From the NCBI GenBank assembly GCA_001462225.1, contig LIUH01000148.1, positions 15,209 through 79,208 on the forward strand: a stretch of 64,000 bases of DNA, written 5' to 3'. Each line of letters opens with the position of its first letter. Positions within the stretch are counted from its first letter, which is position 1. Shown here piece by piece: positions 24,755 to 34,196 of this stretch. The position numbers and the translations under genes were made by a program. The notes under the pieces are model-generated. The model was given only the letters and a program-made list of their open reading frames with translations, made no database searches and was not told where the DNA came from. The stretch comes from Fibrobacteria bacterium GUT31 (GTDB taxonomy: Bacteria; Fibrobacterota; Fibrobacteria; Fibrobacterales; Fibrobacteraceae).

Positions 24755-25518
24755 TTACTCCTCAAAAAATATCTTTTCAATGCTTCAAACAATAAAAGGA
24801 ATCTGTATTTAAAGATAAAAAAAATGGAGTTTGAACTGCTTTGGTTGCGGGGATCAATATTGCTTGCTACATCTGCATGCCGCCTATATAAAACCAGGGG
24901 TTCTGAAATGTATATAGAAGAAAATTTTAATTCCGACATTGAACCCAACCAAAAATCGTGTGATAGAATATTTCTTGGAATTGGCAAAACAAAATTTTTA
25001 ATATTTTTTGTAAATGCAAACAGACAGCCGCGATAAGACGATTTTCTGGTAATATTCCTCCAAAATCCTTTTTTATAACACACGTATTCGCTCAGCATAT
25101 ACAATTTTTCCATATTATCGCCCACAACCCAAGCATTGCAGATTACTAATCTATCTTTATCTAAAAATTTAAGCATTGTTTTTATCTTCTCGGGGTACCA
25201 AAAGTCATCTTGATCGGAAAGAAAAATATAATCACCGTTAGCATTTTTCAGAGCGTTTTCGAAATTTCGAGTGATAAAATAAAATTTGTCCGTAATATTA
25301 GACTGCAAATAAAAAGGAATCTTAACGTTTTGTCTATGATGTTTAAAAATTTTTATCCTTTTATCATTAAAATTCTCCAAAATTTCCAATGTTTTATCGG
25401 TAGAACCGTCGTCGGAAACAATAAGTTCATCATTTTCCGCAAGCTGCGGTAAAATAGACTTTACCTGCTCTTCAATGTATTTTTCTCCATTGTATGTAGC
25501 CATGCAAACTGAAATCAT
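24745..25518 (-). CDS. Glycosyltransferase family 2
   Basis: ISVCMATYNGEKYIEEQVKSIL and LIVSDDGSTDKT. Confidence 0.85.
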   Translation of the reverse strand: MISVCMATYNGEKYIEEQVKSILPQLAENDELIVSDDGSTDKTLEILENFNDKRIKIFKHHRQNVKIPFYLQSNITDKFYFITRNFENALKNANGDYIFLSDQDDFWYPEKIKTMLKFLDKDRLVICNAWVVGDNMEKLYMLSEYVCYKKGFWRNITRKSSYRGCLFAFTKNIKNFVLPIPRNILSHDFWLGSMSELKFSSIYISEPLVLYRRHADVASNIDPRNQSSSNSIFFIFKYRFLLLFEALKRYFLRSKCR

Positions 25519-25523
25519 TTTCC

Positions 25524-27314
25524 CTACTTCTTCCTCATATATTTACGGTTTTTGTTTCCACCAACAGCGTTCAAAATATTTTCGCAAACAAGATTTTTCA
25601 GGATTCTTCTTGTTGTTGCTTGAGAGCGGCCTATTATCTTTATTGCAATAGCAGTATTTATTTCTCCGTTTTTATCTACGTATGCCAGTATCTTTTCTGT
25701 ATATTTTTTATCATTCGTATATTTTCGGTTTTTCTTTCCGCCTACAATATTTAAATTTTTTTCATAAACAAGTTTTTTTAATATTCTTCTTACGGTCGTT
25801 TCAGGGCGATCTGTTATTTTTGCTGCAATTGCAACATTTATTTCATCATTTTTTTCTACGTATGCTAGTATCATTTCTGCGCATTTTTTATCGCTCAAAA
25901 TATCGCTCATTTTGGATTTATCGCTCATTTTATCGTTCAAAATATCGCTCATTTGGGGGTTGTCAATTAAAACATCATTTATTTCGGATTTATCGCTCAT
26001 TTTATCGCTCATTTGAGGTTTATTGCTCATTTTATCGCTCAAAATATCGCTCATTTTAGATTTATCGCTCATTTTATCATTCAAAATATCGCTCATTTGG
26101 GGGTTGTCAATTAAAACATCATTTATTTCGGATTTATCACTGAAAACAATCGGTATAAAAGTCTTAAAAATATCGTCTTCAACGAGCGTAGGTTCTTTAC
26201 CGGAGTATATTTTTGTAAAATTGTACAGGTTTCTTACACCGGAACCAAGTGAATCAGCTCTTCCTATATTTACGAAAAAATTTGCAAGAATAGGATTTTT
26301 AGGATATGGGGTAAAATTTTTAGGATTTATAGCTCCATAATATTTAGGCAAATTCCAATTTTCCGTTATTATTTTATCTTTTTCAATTATAATTTTTGCC
26401 GGAAATGCGCTTGAATATTCTCTATGTACAAGGCTATTGCTAACTATTTCCCTAGCTATTTTTGAACGAATGCTCACAGATTGCCCGTCCATTAGGTAAA
26501 AACGGTCAAGCGTGTGCTTAGCTATAAAATCAATAAGCTGCTCGTATGCGTCAATGAGATTTGTATTTACAATGAGTCGGTCATCGTATCTATCTAAATT
26601 TTCTTTGCGGCATATAGCATCTGTCAAATAGTTTGCCGTACAGGAACGAATAACTTCTTCTTTTCCAAACAATAAAACAGCAGCCAAATTAAAACCAAAT
26701 TTACCGGTTTCCCTGTCTTTTTGATAAAGGCCTGCGCTTTTCAATATATCCATATCAGACATAGCTTTCCATGGATGGTCCGGCATTCGGCTTTGAACTA
26801 AAAGACGAACCTTAGGCATAAGCCTCTTAAATTCAAAATCTTCTTCCTTTGCATAAGGAAAAAGCTTTCGCTCCGAATATTCATGAGATTTTCTCAAGTG
26901 CAGTTGCGAGATGCTATCTGAATTTTTACTTACATCAATATCTCCACCTTCTGCACGGTCATATATTTTCCCAGCAAACATAACAACCTGTGAATTTACC
27001 GGAATATAAACCCATAAAAGCAATTTACCGTTTATTTCAATTTCTTCTAGAGAAGAAAACTGCGTCGGGCTGAATCTCTGAGGGTTATTTAATGTGTGGA
27101 TAAAATTATTTTTTATATCGGTTACCGAATTTTTATTTACGCCAATAATTTTTCTGTTATCGTCAATTCCAAGTACTATATGCCCACCATAGCGATTTGA
27201 AAAAGATGACACTGTTTCAAAGACGCTATTCGTCAAACCGGTTCTGCAAAGTTTAAACTCTACAGTTAAACCCTCTCCTTTTGAAATGATTCGCTCTAAT
27301 TCTTCCTTGGTCAT
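25524..27314 (-). CDS. AlbA_2 (Schlafen-like) DNA-binding + HATPase_c_4-type ATPase-like protein with a repetitive linker and two C-terminal wHTH repeats
   Basis: N-terminal EGLTVEFKLCR and central REIVSNSLVHREYS. Two ~58-aa wHTH-like repeats (AEMILAYVEKNDEINVAIAAKITDRPETTVRRILKKLV / TEKILAYVDKNGEINTAIAIKIIGRSQATTRRILKNLV). Confidence 0.65.
   Translation of the reverse strand: MTKEELERIISKGEGLTVEFKLCRTGLTNSVFETVSSFSNRYGGHIVLGIDDNRKIIGVNKNSVTDIKNNFIHTLNNPQRFSPTQFSSLEEIEINGKLLLWVYIPVNSQVVMFAGKIYDRAEGGDIDVSKNSDSISQLHLRKSHEYSERKLFPYAKEEDFEFKRLMPKVRLLVQSRMPDHPWKAMSDMDILKSAGLYQKDRETGKFGFNLAAVLLFGKEEVIRSCTANYLTDAICRKENLDRYDDRLIVNTNLIDAYEQLIDFIAKHTLDRFYLMDGQSVSIRSKIAREIVSNSLVHREYSSAFPAKIIIEKDKIITENWNLPKYYGAINPKNFTPYPKNPILANFFVNIGRADSLGSGVRNLYNFTKIYSGKEPTLVEDDIFKTFIPIVFSDKSEINDVLIDNPQMSDILNDKMSDKSKMSDILSDKMSNKPQMSDKMSDKSEINDVLIDNPQMSDILNDKMSDKSKMSDILSDKKCAEMILAYVEKNDEINVAIAAKITDRPETTVRRILKKLVYEKNLNIVGGKKNRKYTNDKKYTEKILAYVDKNGEINTAIAIKIIGRSQATTRRILKNLVCENILNAVGGNKNRKYMRKK
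25888..26140 (-). repeat. In-frame tandem duplication (~144-bp period) built from ATCGCTCATTTT-type 12-mers
   Basis: It encodes SDKSEINDVLIDNPQMSDILNDKMSDKSKMSDILSDK twice, separated by MSNKPQMSDKM. The DNA copies at 25888-25992 and 26031-26138 are nearly identical. Confidence 0.8.
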
Positions 27315-27419
27315 AACTTGTTCAAGTTCCTAAATGCAAAAAGACATGGCAAATATAGTAAATTTCACTGTTGTCCCACAAAAAAACATGAAAATCGTAT
27401 CGCACCGCATATTTCACGG

Positions 27420-28748
27420 CTATTTATTCACAATCAGGTTAGAAATTGCATACAAAGGATAAATATCAATATTTTCGTATTTTCCAAAATTTTCCAAAGA
27501 GGTTCTAATTCCTGATTTGCTGTTTTTCTCCTGCATGAACAAACGCAAACTAGGCATTGAGCCTTTTAAACCGGATTTTACTTCAATGGGAATTATTGAA
27601 TCGTTTTTTTGAATCACAAAATCAACTTGAGCATTGCTCTGTTTTTTTTCTCTGTGCCAATAATATAACTGATAAGGTATATAATAGGAAGATGATTTTA
27701 ATATCTCTAAACCTACAAACATTTCTGCCAAAGAACCCATATTTATTGTTTTAAAATCATCGGCTATTGCTATTTGCGAAGCATCAAAATTCAACATTCG
27801 CAAAAACATTCCGGTATCCAAAAGTAACATTCTTCTGCGTTTAAAATTTGCACCTGCCCCCAAAGGAATGCCATTTGCAGAAGTATGAGTAACAGGAATC
27901 ACCAAGCCTGCCATTATTAGCAATTCCAAAGATTGTTTAACTTGCGAGTTATTGAGCTCGGCTACTCGTTCATAGACAAATTTTCCGTCAATTTGATTGG
28001 CAACCGATTCAAATACATTTTCAATATGGGTAGAAGGTAGCCTTTTTTTATATTTTGCAAAATCGCTTTTAAATGAAATCATTAAATCATCTATTGCCAT
28101 TTGACTCTGCAAAAAACTTTTTGTTTCGGTATATTTAACAATGGCTTCCGGCATCCCGCCTATTATAAGGAAGGTTTTCAGTAATTTATTCAATTCCTTA
28201 TGTATAGGTTCGGATAATGGATTTTTTGAATTTGCCTGTCTATAAGACTTGATTAAAAGAGCATTTTTTTGCGAAAGCAGAAATTCTTCAAATGAAAATG
28301 GATATAGATATAAAGACCGGATTCTTCCGACAGCAAAAGAAGCCATTTCTTCTATGGCAAATTCCAATAATGAGCCGGCTGCAATTAAATGCAGTTCCTG
28401 ATATTTTTCGTAAAAATATCTGAGTTTAGCCAATGCGGATGGGCAACTTTGAATTTCGTCAAAGAATACAAGTGTTTTGCCGGCTATGATTTCCGTTTTA
28501 TAAAAAAGCGAAAGCTGCCTGCATATCTCCTGCGGGGAGTGAAATTTTTCAAAAAAAACATGGACATCCTTGTCGTCTTCAAAATTTATTTCCACATAGC
28601 TTTTGAAAGATTTTCCTAAATTGCGAACAGCAGAGGATTTTCCTACTTGTCTGGCTCCTCGCAAAAGCAAAGGTTTTCTGTTGCTTTCCTTTGCCCAAGA
28701 AAGCAAAACAGAATCTATTTTTCGTTCAAAATAAGCGTTTTTTTCCAT
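27420..28748 (-). CDS. AAA+ ATPase with C-terminal DUF4143-type domain
   Basis: Walker A LLLRGARQVGKSS and Walker B LVFFDEIQ. At 442 aa, the layout is typical for the AAA_14/DUF4143 family. Confidence 0.8.
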   Translation of the reverse strand: MEKNAYFERKIDSVLLSWAKESNRKPLLLRGARQVGKSSAVRNLGKSFKSYVEINFEDDKDVHVFFEKFHSPQEICRQLSLFYKTEIIAGKTLVFFDEIQSCPSALAKLRYFYEKYQELHLIAAGSLLEFAIEEMASFAVGRIRSLYLYPFSFEEFLLSQKNALLIKSYRQANSKNPLSEPIHKELNKLLKTFLIIGGMPEAIVKYTETKSFLQSQMAIDDLMISFKSDFAKYKKRLPSTHIENVFESVANQIDGKFVYERVAELNNSQVKQSLELLIMAGLVIPVTHTSANGIPLGAGANFKRRRMLLLDTGMFLRMLNFDASQIAIADDFKTINMGSLAEMFVGLEILKSSSYYIPYQLYYWHREKKQSNAQVDFVIQKNDSIIPIEVKSGLKGSMPSLRLFMQEKNSKSGIRTSLENFGKYENIDIYPLYAISNLIVNK

Positions 28749-28822
28749 AAAAACTATACTAAATGCAAAAAGTCAAGGTAAATATAGTAAATTTAATGCA
28801 AAAAGTCAGGGTGATTTTTTGT

Positions 28823-30394
28823 TTAACACCCAAAAACAACTATTTTTCTACCAGCCTCATCTACTTCCTTTACATACAATTTCTCATCCCAGCTTCTATC
28901 GGTATCCCTGTCAAAAACTACAAGCCAACCCTCTTTTGTCCCGCACTTATCCATATATTTAGAAAGCTGAACCAAGCCGTCTGGAACGCTATTTTTGTCC
29001 TTCAATATTTTTAACTCAATCGGATATTTTTGATTTTCCCAAACAATGCAAATATCCGCACGCTTTGCACCGAGTGCCATCTCTCTGATTATCTGGCCAC
29101 CGCCGTTGATTACTCGTTGCAAAAAAGCCTGAAAAACCAAATGAGGCGCAGCTTCTTTGTATTCATAGAAGCCTTCCTCGTACAAATCCACCCATATTTC
29201 GCTGTTTTCACGCCAAAAACTTTGGAAATCTTTTAGCAAATAATTTATATCTATTTTGTTATTCGCAACATATTTTGGAAGATTAAAATCCGGCTTGCTG
29301 TTTTTGATTGCCTCCTGCGCTGTTTGATTTATGGCTCTTATTATCACCTCCGCATAAATCGGATTGGAGGGTTCAATCTTTCCATCAAAATCTTTTATCA
29401 AACCTAAATCTTTGGCATATAGGTAATTGTCGGTTGTTCTGTCAACTTCTTCACCCAAAATCAATGGCTGTATCACTTTGCGAACTCTTTCCTCTTTTAA
29501 CCGCTCCATAAGCGAATCGAAATGTGTTCCCCTGGTGATAATTATATTGTTTATCGCAATTTCTACCATCTCTTGTGTTATGGGAATGGAATAATCTTCT
29601 TTGCATATTTTTTCTACACATTCCCTTGCAACCGCATTCACAAGCCAAGGCTGTCCCTGTGTTTGTTCAAAAATATAATCCACTGCATGAGGCTCGAAAA
29701 TTTGATTGGTCTCTGTTGTATGCTGGCTGTAAAGTTTCACCACATCTTCTTTTGTGAAATTTTTCAAAGTCATGGATTCCGATACTATGTTAAATGGGCT
29801 TGCACTTCCTAGTGTTGCGGAATCATCTCTTGTGTGAGACTTGTAATCCCGAATGTTTCTCATTCCGACTAGAGCTATGCAACGAACAAAGGGGATTCTT
29901 TCTCTAGAAACATAGCCGTCTCGCAGTTGTCTTAAAAAAGAGACTAGGGTTCCGTTATTAAGGCAGTCTGCTTCATCGAAAAAAACTATAAGCGGTTTGT
30001 CTAGGTTTCTGCAGTATTCAACAAATGAATTTTTCAAAACATTTGAATAATCACCATAATCCGCATTTTTTGCAAAATCAGCTGGCAAGCCGATGTTTGT
30101 TATGGCTGATTTTATAGTTTTTACAATAGCTGGAATACCTTCTTTTGGTTCTGCTATTCCCTGCACTCCTTCCAAGGAACAATATAAAGCATAGTATTTG
30201 CCTTCTGCTTCTATTTTATCCACCAGATTCCATAAAAGCGTGGTTTTCCCGCTCTGCCTAGCGGCATGGATAATAAAATAATACTCTCTATCTATTAATC
30301 TCACCAAATCTTTGCCTATATCGCGCAAAGGGTCAAGCATATAATGCTTGCTTTGATGGCAAGGTCCGGCAATGTTGAAATCCTTTTGAGGCAT
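28823..30394 (-). CDS. AAA-like ATPase with C-terminal PD-(D/E)XK nuclease-like domain
   Basis: FNIAGPCHQSKHYMLDP N-terminus, Walker A HAARQSGKTTLL and Walker B VFFDEADCL. The C-terminal KRADICIVWENQKYPIELKILKD is a D...ExK core. I moved the start to ATG 30394, 6 nt after the TATATT motif. Confidence 0.65.
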   Translation of the reverse strand: MPQKDFNIAGPCHQSKHYMLDPLRDIGKDLVRLIDREYYFIIHAARQSGKTTLLWNLVDKIEAEGKYYALYCSLEGVQGIAEPKEGIPAIVKTIKSAITNIGLPADFAKNADYGDYSNVLKNSFVEYCRNLDKPLIVFFDEADCLNNGTLVSFLRQLRDGYVSRERIPFVRCIALVGMRNIRDYKSHTRDDSATLGSASPFNIVSESMTLKNFTKEDVVKLYSQHTTETNQIFEPHAVDYIFEQTQGQPWLVNAVARECVEKICKEDYSIPITQEMVEIAINNIIITRGTHFDSLMERLKEERVRKVIQPLILGEEVDRTTDNYLYAKDLGLIKDFDGKIEPSNPIYAEVIIRAINQTAQEAIKNSKPDFNLPKYVANNKIDINYLLKDFQSFWRENSEIWVDLYEEGFYEYKEAAPHLVFQAFLQRVINGGGQIIREMALGAKRADICIVWENQKYPIELKILKDKNSVPDGLVQLSKYMDKCGTKEGWLVVFDRDTDRSWDEKLYVKEVDEAGRKIVVFGC

Positions 30395-30522
30395 TGGGTA
30401 AATATAGAAATTCAAAGTTTTTTTTCTATATTTAATTCCTAAATGTCGTTTTATACGGAAAAGTTATACAAGAGAGCCTCTAGGCCATCTCTGCAAGGCT
30501 TTGGTAAAAGCAAGGAGGTGGA

Positions 30523-31617
30523 ATGAAATCGTATGATTATTTGATTGTAGGAACAGGTTTTTTTGGAGCTGTTTTTGCAAGGTCGGCAAAAGATAAAGGC
30601 AAAGAGGTATTGGTTATAGATAAAAGAAATCATATAGGCGGCAATTGCTACACCGAGAATATAAATGAAATTAATGTTCACAAATACGGAGCGCACATAT
30701 TCCACACAAGCAACAAAAATGTTTGGGAATTTGTAAATCGCTTTGCGGAATTCAATAGATACACACACCAAATAACGGCGAATTATCGCGGGGAATTTTA
30801 CAGCCTCCCGTTTAATATGAATACATTTTATCAACTATGGAAAATAAAAACTCCAGCCGAAGCAATGGATAAGATAAATGAACAAAAATTTAACGATGAG
30901 CCGAAAAATTTGGAAGAGCAGGCCTTAAACCTTGTGGGTAAAGATATTTACGAAAAATTGATAAAGGATTATACGGAAAAGCAATGGGGCAAAAAAGCGA
31001 CCGAATTGCCGGCATTTATTATAAAACGCATTCCGCTTCGCTTTACTTTTGATAATTGCTATTACAATGATTCATACCAAGGCATTCCCATTGGTGGCTA
31101 TACCGCTCTTTTTGAAAATATGCTGAAAGGCATAGAAGTTCGTTTGAATGTTGATTACTTAAAGAACCGCGAAGAATTTAATTCATTGGCAAATAATATA
31201 ATTTTTACAGGTTCCATAGATGAATTTTTTGACTATCGTTTCGGTGCTTTGGAATACAGGAATTTGCGATTTGAGACGGAAATTTTGGAATGCGAGAATT
31301 TTCAAGGTTGTGCCGTTATGAATTATACCGATTCGGAAACAGCATTCACAAGAATAATAGAGCATAAGCATTTTGAGCAAACGCAGTCCTCAAAAACCGC
31401 AATCACCAGGGAATATCCGACAGATTGGGAAATTGGCGATGAAGCGTATTACCCTGTGAATGATTTAAAGAATAACGATTTATATCAAAAATATTCGGAG
31501 CTTGCGAAAACTTTGGGCAATATTGCATTCGGCGGCCGTTTGGGCATGTATAAATACTATGATATGGACGATACCGTAGAACAAGCACTTGGATTGGCAA
31601 AGAAGGAATTGAGATGA
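30523..31617 (+). CDS. glf: UDP-galactopyranose mutase
   Basis: FAD fingerprint YDYLIVGTGFFGAVFA. At 364 aa, the length and layout are typical of Glf. Confidence 0.9.
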   Translation: MKSYDYLIVGTGFFGAVFARSAKDKGKEVLVIDKRNHIGGNCYTENINEINVHKYGAHIFHTSNKNVWEFVNRFAEFNRYTHQITANYRGEFYSLPFNMNTFYQLWKIKTPAEAMDKINEQKFNDEPKNLEEQALNLVGKDIYEKLIKDYTEKQWGKKATELPAFIIKRIPLRFTFDNCYYNDSYQGIPIGGYTALFENMLKGIEVRLNVDYLKNREEFNSLANNIIFTGSIDEFFDYRFGALEYRNLRFETEILECENFQGCAVMNYTDSETAFTRIIEHKHFEQTQSSKTAITREYPTDWEIGDEAYYPVNDLKNNDLYQKYSELAKTLGNIAFGGRLGMYKYYDMDDTVEQALGLAKKELR

Positions 31618-31623
31618 ATTAAA

Positions 31624-33120
31624 TCATTTCCTCACCATTTTTCTGAAAAGTTCAACAAAATACTTGAATTCCTCTGTTCTGAAGAAAAATATAAAATAAA
31701 CCGTCATAGCAACAGAAATAGACACTACCGCTTTACCCGCAAACAATTCAACAAAACTGTTTATATACAAACTCAAAGCACAAGATGTCAGCATAGCAAA
31801 AATTTGAATAGCATACATTTTTAAATACCTAGCAATGCTAGTCACAAAAATATGTTTATGGGCTATATATGCCTCAACCCAAATGTTAATAAAAAAGGTA
31901 TTCGCCAAAGTTCCTATAAGTACTCCTAAAACTCCGTATTCGTGTACCAAAAATATGGATAAACTTAAATTAAATATAATCTCAATAATCGGTTTATACA
32001 TATCCGGGCGAAAAATTCCGGCATCGTTTTTGAATATAATCACGAGCCAGCGATTTTGCATAAAAAAGAAATTAGCGACAATTACATAAACTATGGAATT
32101 TGACAAAAGATAATTTTGCCCAACCCAAAGCTCAATAAAAGGATTCATTAAATTTACAAGGCAAACCGTGCTTATGCCACCAATGCAGAAAATTAAAAAT
32201 GCCATTTTGCGAAATACAACGTAAACTTCTTTTTTTTCTAAAGTTGCAATAGCATTGCCAATGCTGGCGTCTGCCCCAATTATGAATAGATTGCAAAACG
32301 TTGTTACAGTGCCAACTATTAACGTATAGTTTGAATAAATACCCACAGCTTCAATACCGACGAATGCGGAAATTATCAAAAAATCCGTGCCTAATATTAC
32401 AACACCGCCCAATTTATGGAAAAATAAAATGAAAACATTGCTCCAAATTTTTTTTCTTGCGGAAGAAGATAAATCAGCAGCTTTTTCTTTAATGTAGATA
32501 AATTTTCTGTTTGCAAGCATAAATATAATAATGGAAATAGCAACAGTTCCTAAAATCCTTGCAAGCAAAAAAAGCATATAATCTTTTAATTGCCAAAGAA
32601 TGATAATTTGCACAATAGCAACTATTGTATTAACAGCAAAATCTATTGATGTCGTTAAATATTTATTTTGCGTTTCATCTATAATTGTTCTTTTATGCGC
32701 AAAAAAATAACCTATAGCGGAATTTGCCAAAAAACACAAAAAAACATGGTAAATATTCACAGAAATTGTGACTTCTCCTTTCATTAAATACGGCAAAAAA
32801 GGAAGCATTAAACAGCCAACGAAAATTACAAAAATTCCGATAAAAAAATAACATCTGCGATAAAACGCAAGAATTGATTTAATTTGTTCAGTATCGTTTT
32901 GTGCTATAGGTTTGTAGAGTGCATAAGCTATTGCCATGCCAATGCCCATTTCGGCAAGCGAAAGAGTATTCAAAATATTCAGAAATAATCCATTGAGTCC
33001 CAAATATTCCGCACCGAGAGTTTTTATAAATATAGTACGGCTTACAAAAGCAAGTGCTAAAGTAATGAACTGCGTTAAAAGCATTATACTTACGTTACGT
33101 ATGGACTTGCGAGTGCGCAT
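31624..33120 (-). CDS. wzx: Polysaccharide flippase (Wzx/MOP superfamily)
   Basis: 498 aa with about 12-14 TM helices, located in a glycosyltransferase cluster. Confidence 0.7.
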   Translation of the reverse strand: MRTRKSIRNVSIMLLTQFITLALAFVSRTIFIKTLGAEYLGLNGLFLNILNTLSLAEMGIGMAIAYALYKPIAQNDTEQIKSILAFYRRCYFFIGIFVIFVGCLMLPFLPYLMKGEVTISVNIYHVFLCFLANSAIGYFFAHKRTIIDETQNKYLTTSIDFAVNTIVAIVQIIILWQLKDYMLFLLARILGTVAISIIIFMLANRKFIYIKEKAADLSSSARKKIWSNVFILFFHKLGGVVILGTDFLIISAFVGIEAVGIYSNYTLIVGTVTTFCNLFIIGADASIGNAIATLEKKEVYVVFRKMAFLIFCIGGISTVCLVNLMNPFIELWVGQNYLLSNSIVYVIVANFFFMQNRWLVIIFKNDAGIFRPDMYKPIIEIIFNLSLSIFLVHEYGVLGVLIGTLANTFFINIWVEAYIAHKHIFVTSIARYLKMYAIQIFAMLTSCALSLYINSFVELFAGKAVVSISVAMTVYFIFFFRTEEFKYFVELFRKMVRK

Positions 33121-33131
33121 TATTCTTATAT

Positions 33132-34196
33132 TTAATTTCCTATTTTATAAAACTTACACTTCAATTTATACAACAAAATCAATAATAAATGTAGCCTAAA
33201 TTTCACAAAATAAAATAAAATTCTTCTTTTCAAAGGAATATTCGATGGATTTATTTTTTTTCCCAAACAATTAAAATAATCCATATTTAAAATATCTCTG
33301 ACTTTTTCACGTAAAACGAAAATCGGTTCTTTGCTACCGGCTAAATTCATAATGGAATGCAATAAGAAACCGTAGGTCAAATTCGGATGTTTGCGGTATT
33401 GTTGCGGTACATACTCAAAAATCCTTATTTTATCTAATCCTCGCAATACCTCTACATAATCCAAAACAAGTTTAGGATTATAATTCTCCGTTAGTCCCTG
33501 TGCATTATGTACATAATGATAATAAGCGTTGTGCTCAATTGCAACGTTTTTTGCCTTTAACAAGACCTCTAAAAAAAACAACCAGTCTTCGGAATAAGTT
33601 ATTTTTTCATTGCTAAAAATATTTTGTTCGTCCAAAAATATTCTTTTGAATAAAGCTATTTCAAGGGATGCCAATAATATATCCTCTCTAATGCCTTTCC
33701 CATACACTAAAAATAATGGCAGAATAAATTTGCGGATATCGGAATTTTCATAAAGATTGTTCAGATTTTGCGGCATTGTCTGCACTCTTTTTTTCTTTCC
33801 GAATTCGTGTATTAAACCACTCAAAACAATATCCGCATTATTGGAACATTTAAGCATTTGTTCATAAGTATTTGACTCTATGAAGTCGTCCGGGTCAACA
33901 AAAGCTATATAATCTCCATTTGCAAATTTTCTTCCATAGTTTCTCGTAGCCATCGATCCTTGATTTTCTTTCCTTTTGAATAAAATCCGAGAATCCTTTT
34001 CTGCGAATTCTCGGCAAATTTCCGAGCTGTTGTCTGTAGAACCGTCATCTACAAGGATAATTTCAATATTTTTTTCAGTTTGTCGTAAAATAGAGGTTAT
34101 GCTTTTTTTCAAAAAAGACGCTTTATTGTATATCGGCACTATAACGCTGACTTTAGGTTTATTTTCGTAATTCATTAAATAATCTCTCCCATTCAT
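33132..34196 (-). CDS. Glycosyltransferase family 2
   Basis: VSVIVPIYNKASFLKKSI and ILVDDGSTDNS. Confidence 0.8.
   Translation of the reverse strand: MNGRDYLMNYENKPKVSVIVPIYNKASFLKKSITSILRQTEKNIEIILVDDGSTDNSSEICREFAEKDSRILFKRKENQGSMATRNYGRKFANGDYIAFVDPDDFIESNTYEQMLKCSNNADIVLSGLIHEFGKKKRVQTMPQNLNNLYENSDIRKFILPLFLVYGKGIREDILLASLEIALFKRIFLDEQNIFSNEKITYSEDWLFFLEVLLKAKNVAIEHNAYYHYVHNAQGLTENYNPKLVLDYVEVLRGLDKIRIFEYVPQQYRKHPNLTYGFLLHSIMNLAGSKEPIFVLREKVRDILNMDYFNCLGKKINPSNIPLKRRILFYFVKFRLHLLLILLYKLKCKFYKIGN

Noticed and set aside
25682-26340. The regularly spaced ATCGCTCATTTT repeats could be mistaken for a CRISPR-like array, and plus-strand ORFs of 125 and 105 aa are listed here.
   Set aside because: The repeats are contiguous 12-mers with no unique spacers. 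They lie in frame inside a long minus-strand ORF with recognisable domains on both sides. The plus-strand ORFs are mirror artefacts.
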